Under the pieces are notes generated by a model, which saw nothing but the letters and a program-made list of their open reading frames with translations, ran no database searches and had not been told where the DNA came from. Positions 62,272 through 64,000 of a DNA stretch of 64,000 bases are shown piece after piece. The translations under genes and the position numbers were made by a program. The DNA lies in NCBI GenBank assembly GCA_934693235.1, contig CAKUUY010000009.1, positions 1,688 to 65,687 on the forward strand. Reading direction: 5' to 3'. This DNA is from an uncultured Candidatus Melainabacteria bacterium. Its GTDB lineage: Bacteria; Cyanobacteriota; Vampirovibrionia; Gastranaerophilales; Gastranaerophilaceae. Positions within the stretch are counted from its first letter, which is position 1. Every line of letters starts with the position of its first letter.

Positions 62272-62700
62272 ATGATAGGCGGTGACTTTGACATCCCTGT
62301 AATGTATCAGGATTTGGCGAATAGTACAATGGGCCCTATGAATTTGCCTTTTGGTACTATGTCAGGCATGTACGGAGCCGGAATGTACGGCGGTATAGGG
62401 AATACAAATTATCTTGGCGGTGTAAAAATGCGACAACAGCCAGATAGAGATAAAGTTCAAATTATGAACAAAAAGGAAAACCAAGATAAAATTAATGCAA
62501 AAAAAGTTTTGATTGGGTTAGGAGCATTGATTGCTCTCGGTAGTATTCCTGTATTGAGGAAAAGTATCAAAAAAGCCGGTGGCTTGAAGAAATATGCTCA
62601 AAACGGCTGGAATTCATTGAAAAATTTTGTAACCGGTAAAAATCAAAAATCAGGGAACTGGTTTACGCGGTTGTTTCATCGTAAAAAAACGTCTTCTTAA
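62272..62700 (+). CDS. Hypothetical Gly/Met-rich, then TM, then Lys/Trp-rich protein
   Basis: 142 aa; GMYGAGMYGGIGN; LIGLGALIALGSIPVL; KKYAQNGWNSLKNFVTGKNQKSGNWFTRLF; GGAGAA SD. Confidence 0.55.
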   Translation: MIGGDFDIPVMYQDLANSTMGPMNLPFGTMSGMYGAGMYGGIGNTNYLGGVKMRQQPDRDKVQIMNKKENQDKINAKKVLIGLGALIALGSIPVLRKSIKKAGGLKKYAQNGWNSLKNFVTGKNQKSGNWFTRLFHRKKTSS

Positions 62701-62801
62701 TTTTAAATAATTTGTAAATATGCAACCCCAAAAATATTAGTGCAAGATGTTTTATCTTGCACTTTTCTGTGTTAAAATCAGAAAAAAGAAAGGGGTTAAT
62801 T

Positions 62802-63302
62802 ATGGCAAAAGATTGTAGTTTTGATGTCGTTTCAGAATTTGATAAGCAAGAACTTGTAAACGCGGTAGATCAGGTAAAAAGAGACGTAGCTTCTCGTTTT
62901 GATTTAAAAGATTCCGGTTCATCTGTTGACTTGGAGGCTGATAAAGCTATCACAATCACGACCTGTGATGATATGAAGTTGAGAAATATTTATGATATTT
63001 TGCAAACAAAGCTTGTTAAGAGAAATTTAAGCACAAGAATTCTTGACCCACAACCGGTGGAAAATGCTCTTGGTGGAAAAGTTCGTCAAGTTATTAATTT
63101 GCGAAAAGGTTTAAATCAAGAGCTTGCGAAAAAGATTGTTGCGGATATAAAGGATTCTAAAAAGAAAGTTCAAGCATCTATACAAGGGGATCAGGTAAGA
63201 GTATCCGGAAAAGATAAGGATGATTTGCAAGAAATAATCAGACTTTTGCGTTCAAATGAAGAAAAATATGATTATCCGTTGCAGTTTACAAATTACAGGT
63301 AG
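62802..63302 (+). CDS. yajQ: YajQ-family (UPF0234) nucleotide-binding protein
   Basis: MAKDCSFDVVSEFDKQELVNAVDQVKRDVASRFDLK...; AAAGGGG SD before ATG 62802 (track ORF starts at 62757). Confidence 0.85.
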   Translation: MAKDCSFDVVSEFDKQELVNAVDQVKRDVASRFDLKDSGSSVDLEADKAITITTCDDMKLRNIYDILQTKLVKRNLSTRILDPQPVENALGGKVRQVINLRKGLNQELAKKIVADIKDSKKKVQASIQGDQVRVSGKDKDDLQEIIRLLRSNEEKYDYPLQFTNYR

Positions 63303-63386
63303 ATTTATTAAAATCATTTTCTCTGTATGCGTTAAGTAATTTGTTTACATAATAAAAGTTATTCGAAAATTTTTTTGAAACTTTTC

Positions 63387-63520
63387 CTCTCGCCAAGGGA
63401 GAGAGCGCAGTTGTTAGTGAGCTTTTGCGAACATAATAAATGTGAGAGCTGGGATAGCAAATAAGATTTATTATTCCATAACTCACGTTGTTCGACGGTT
63501 ACCTCCTCTCCTATAGAGAG
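63387..63520. repeat. CTCTC-N-GAGAG hairpin repeats related to the block at 34702-34889
   Basis: ctctc-gccaagg-gagag (63387-63403), gcgcagttgttagtgagc (resembles gcgaatgttgttgagc at 34735), ctctc-ctata-gagag (63506-63520). Confidence 0.6.
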
Positions 63521-63562
63521 ATGAATAGACAAGTATAGAATTTGAATGCGGTGTTTAATTTA

Positions 63563-64000
63563 TTATTTTCTTGCTTCTAATTTTTCGATACGTCTCTCTA
63601 GTGCATCAATACGTTTTTCCTGAGCTTGGTATTTCATATCAAGCTCTTTTATCGCATTAATTACTGCGTAGAACATGTCTTCCATACGAATTGTTAAAAA
63701 TCCGTCTGCTCCTTTTTTAACAGCATTTGGAAATACCTTTTGCAAGTCTTGTGCGATTACACCGACGTGTGGAGTTTTAGTTGTATCTTTTTTGTAAACG
63801 TAATTAAATACTTTTAATTGACGAATTTTGTCTAAACCGGAGGTATTTTCTTTGCCTACGTATTTCAAGCGACGGTCAGAAGTTCTTGTTGACAAATGGG
63901 CATCTTCGTTTGTTGTGGTATAAACATAGCCTTCTTGAACGCCACCTGAATATTTAGACGACATTTTTAACCACAAACCTCCCTTATTATCAGACATATC
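63563..64000 (-). CDS. C-terminal part of a larger protein ending in a peptidase-S74-type intramolecular chaperone (tail-fibre/endosialidase-like) domain; ORF open to the right window edge
   Basis: SDRRLK...LDKIRQLKVFNYVYKKD...HVGVIAQDLQKVFPNAV...MEDMFYAVINAIKELD then coiled coil; frame continues past nt 64000. Confidence 0.7.
   Translation of the reverse strand, partial: DMSDNKGGLWLKMSSKYSGGVQEGYVYTTTNEDAHLSTRTSDRRLKYVGKENTSGLDKIRQLKVFNYVYKKDTTKTPHVGVIAQDLQKVFPNAVKKGADGFLTIRMEDMFYAVINAIKELDMKYQAQEKRIDALERRIEKLEARK

Noticed and set aside
63286-63486. 66-aa minus-strand ORF in the yajQ-downstream gap
   Set aside because: It is composed of the CTCTC/GAGAG repeat block. There is no SD and the sequence is repeat-derived.
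63563-64000. Prophage boundary
   Set aside because: A single S74 chaperone domain with no other phage-like genes inside the window is insufficient. It needs the sequence beyond 64000.

Overview
AT-rich (roughly one-third G+C by eye), densely coding bacterial chromosome segment. No rRNA, CRISPR array, transposase, integrase or reverse-transcriptase ORF is visible. Most genes are housekeeping: rpmG, tRNA-Trp, secE, nusG, rplK, rplA, kdsA, pheS, gatB, folP, cdd, gltX, rsmH, ftsL, gyrB, adk, map, tmk, lptC/lptA, dprA, topA, aroE, murT, pdxJ, lspA, leuS, murC, murB, ddl, ftsQ, nadE, rpmI, rplT and yajQ. kdsA, lptCA and lspA indicate a diderm cell. Gene content and style resemble gut Melainabacteria-like lineages, but this is an unverified inference. 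The most unusual feature is a dispersed family of monocistronic prepilin-type (FTLAEVLITLGIIG...) genes, with five full copies (PL1-PL5) and one C-terminal remnant. No pilus or T2SS assembly gene lies nearby. Three copies face a private small XRE-type HTH gene across an intergenic region carrying locus-specific direct repeats. One copy (PL4) is out of frame at a G10 tract in its leader, which suggests a slipped-strand phase switch. Another (PL3) lies behind a second G10 tract, a dense GC-rich repeat block and a duplicated prepilin motif. Other unexplained structure: a ~280-bp TIR-bounded structured element with a second inverted copy showing a compensatory stem change; intergenic inverted arrays of tandem 7- or 8-nt words; CTCTC/GAGAG hairpin repeats; a Lys/Trp/Gly-zipper protein operon; short shared peptide motifs; two candidate leaderless mRNAs; an AroE with a ~200-residue Q/P-rich extension; and a murT with no adjacent gatD. 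All calls come from reading the sequence and the ORF track. No database search was run.
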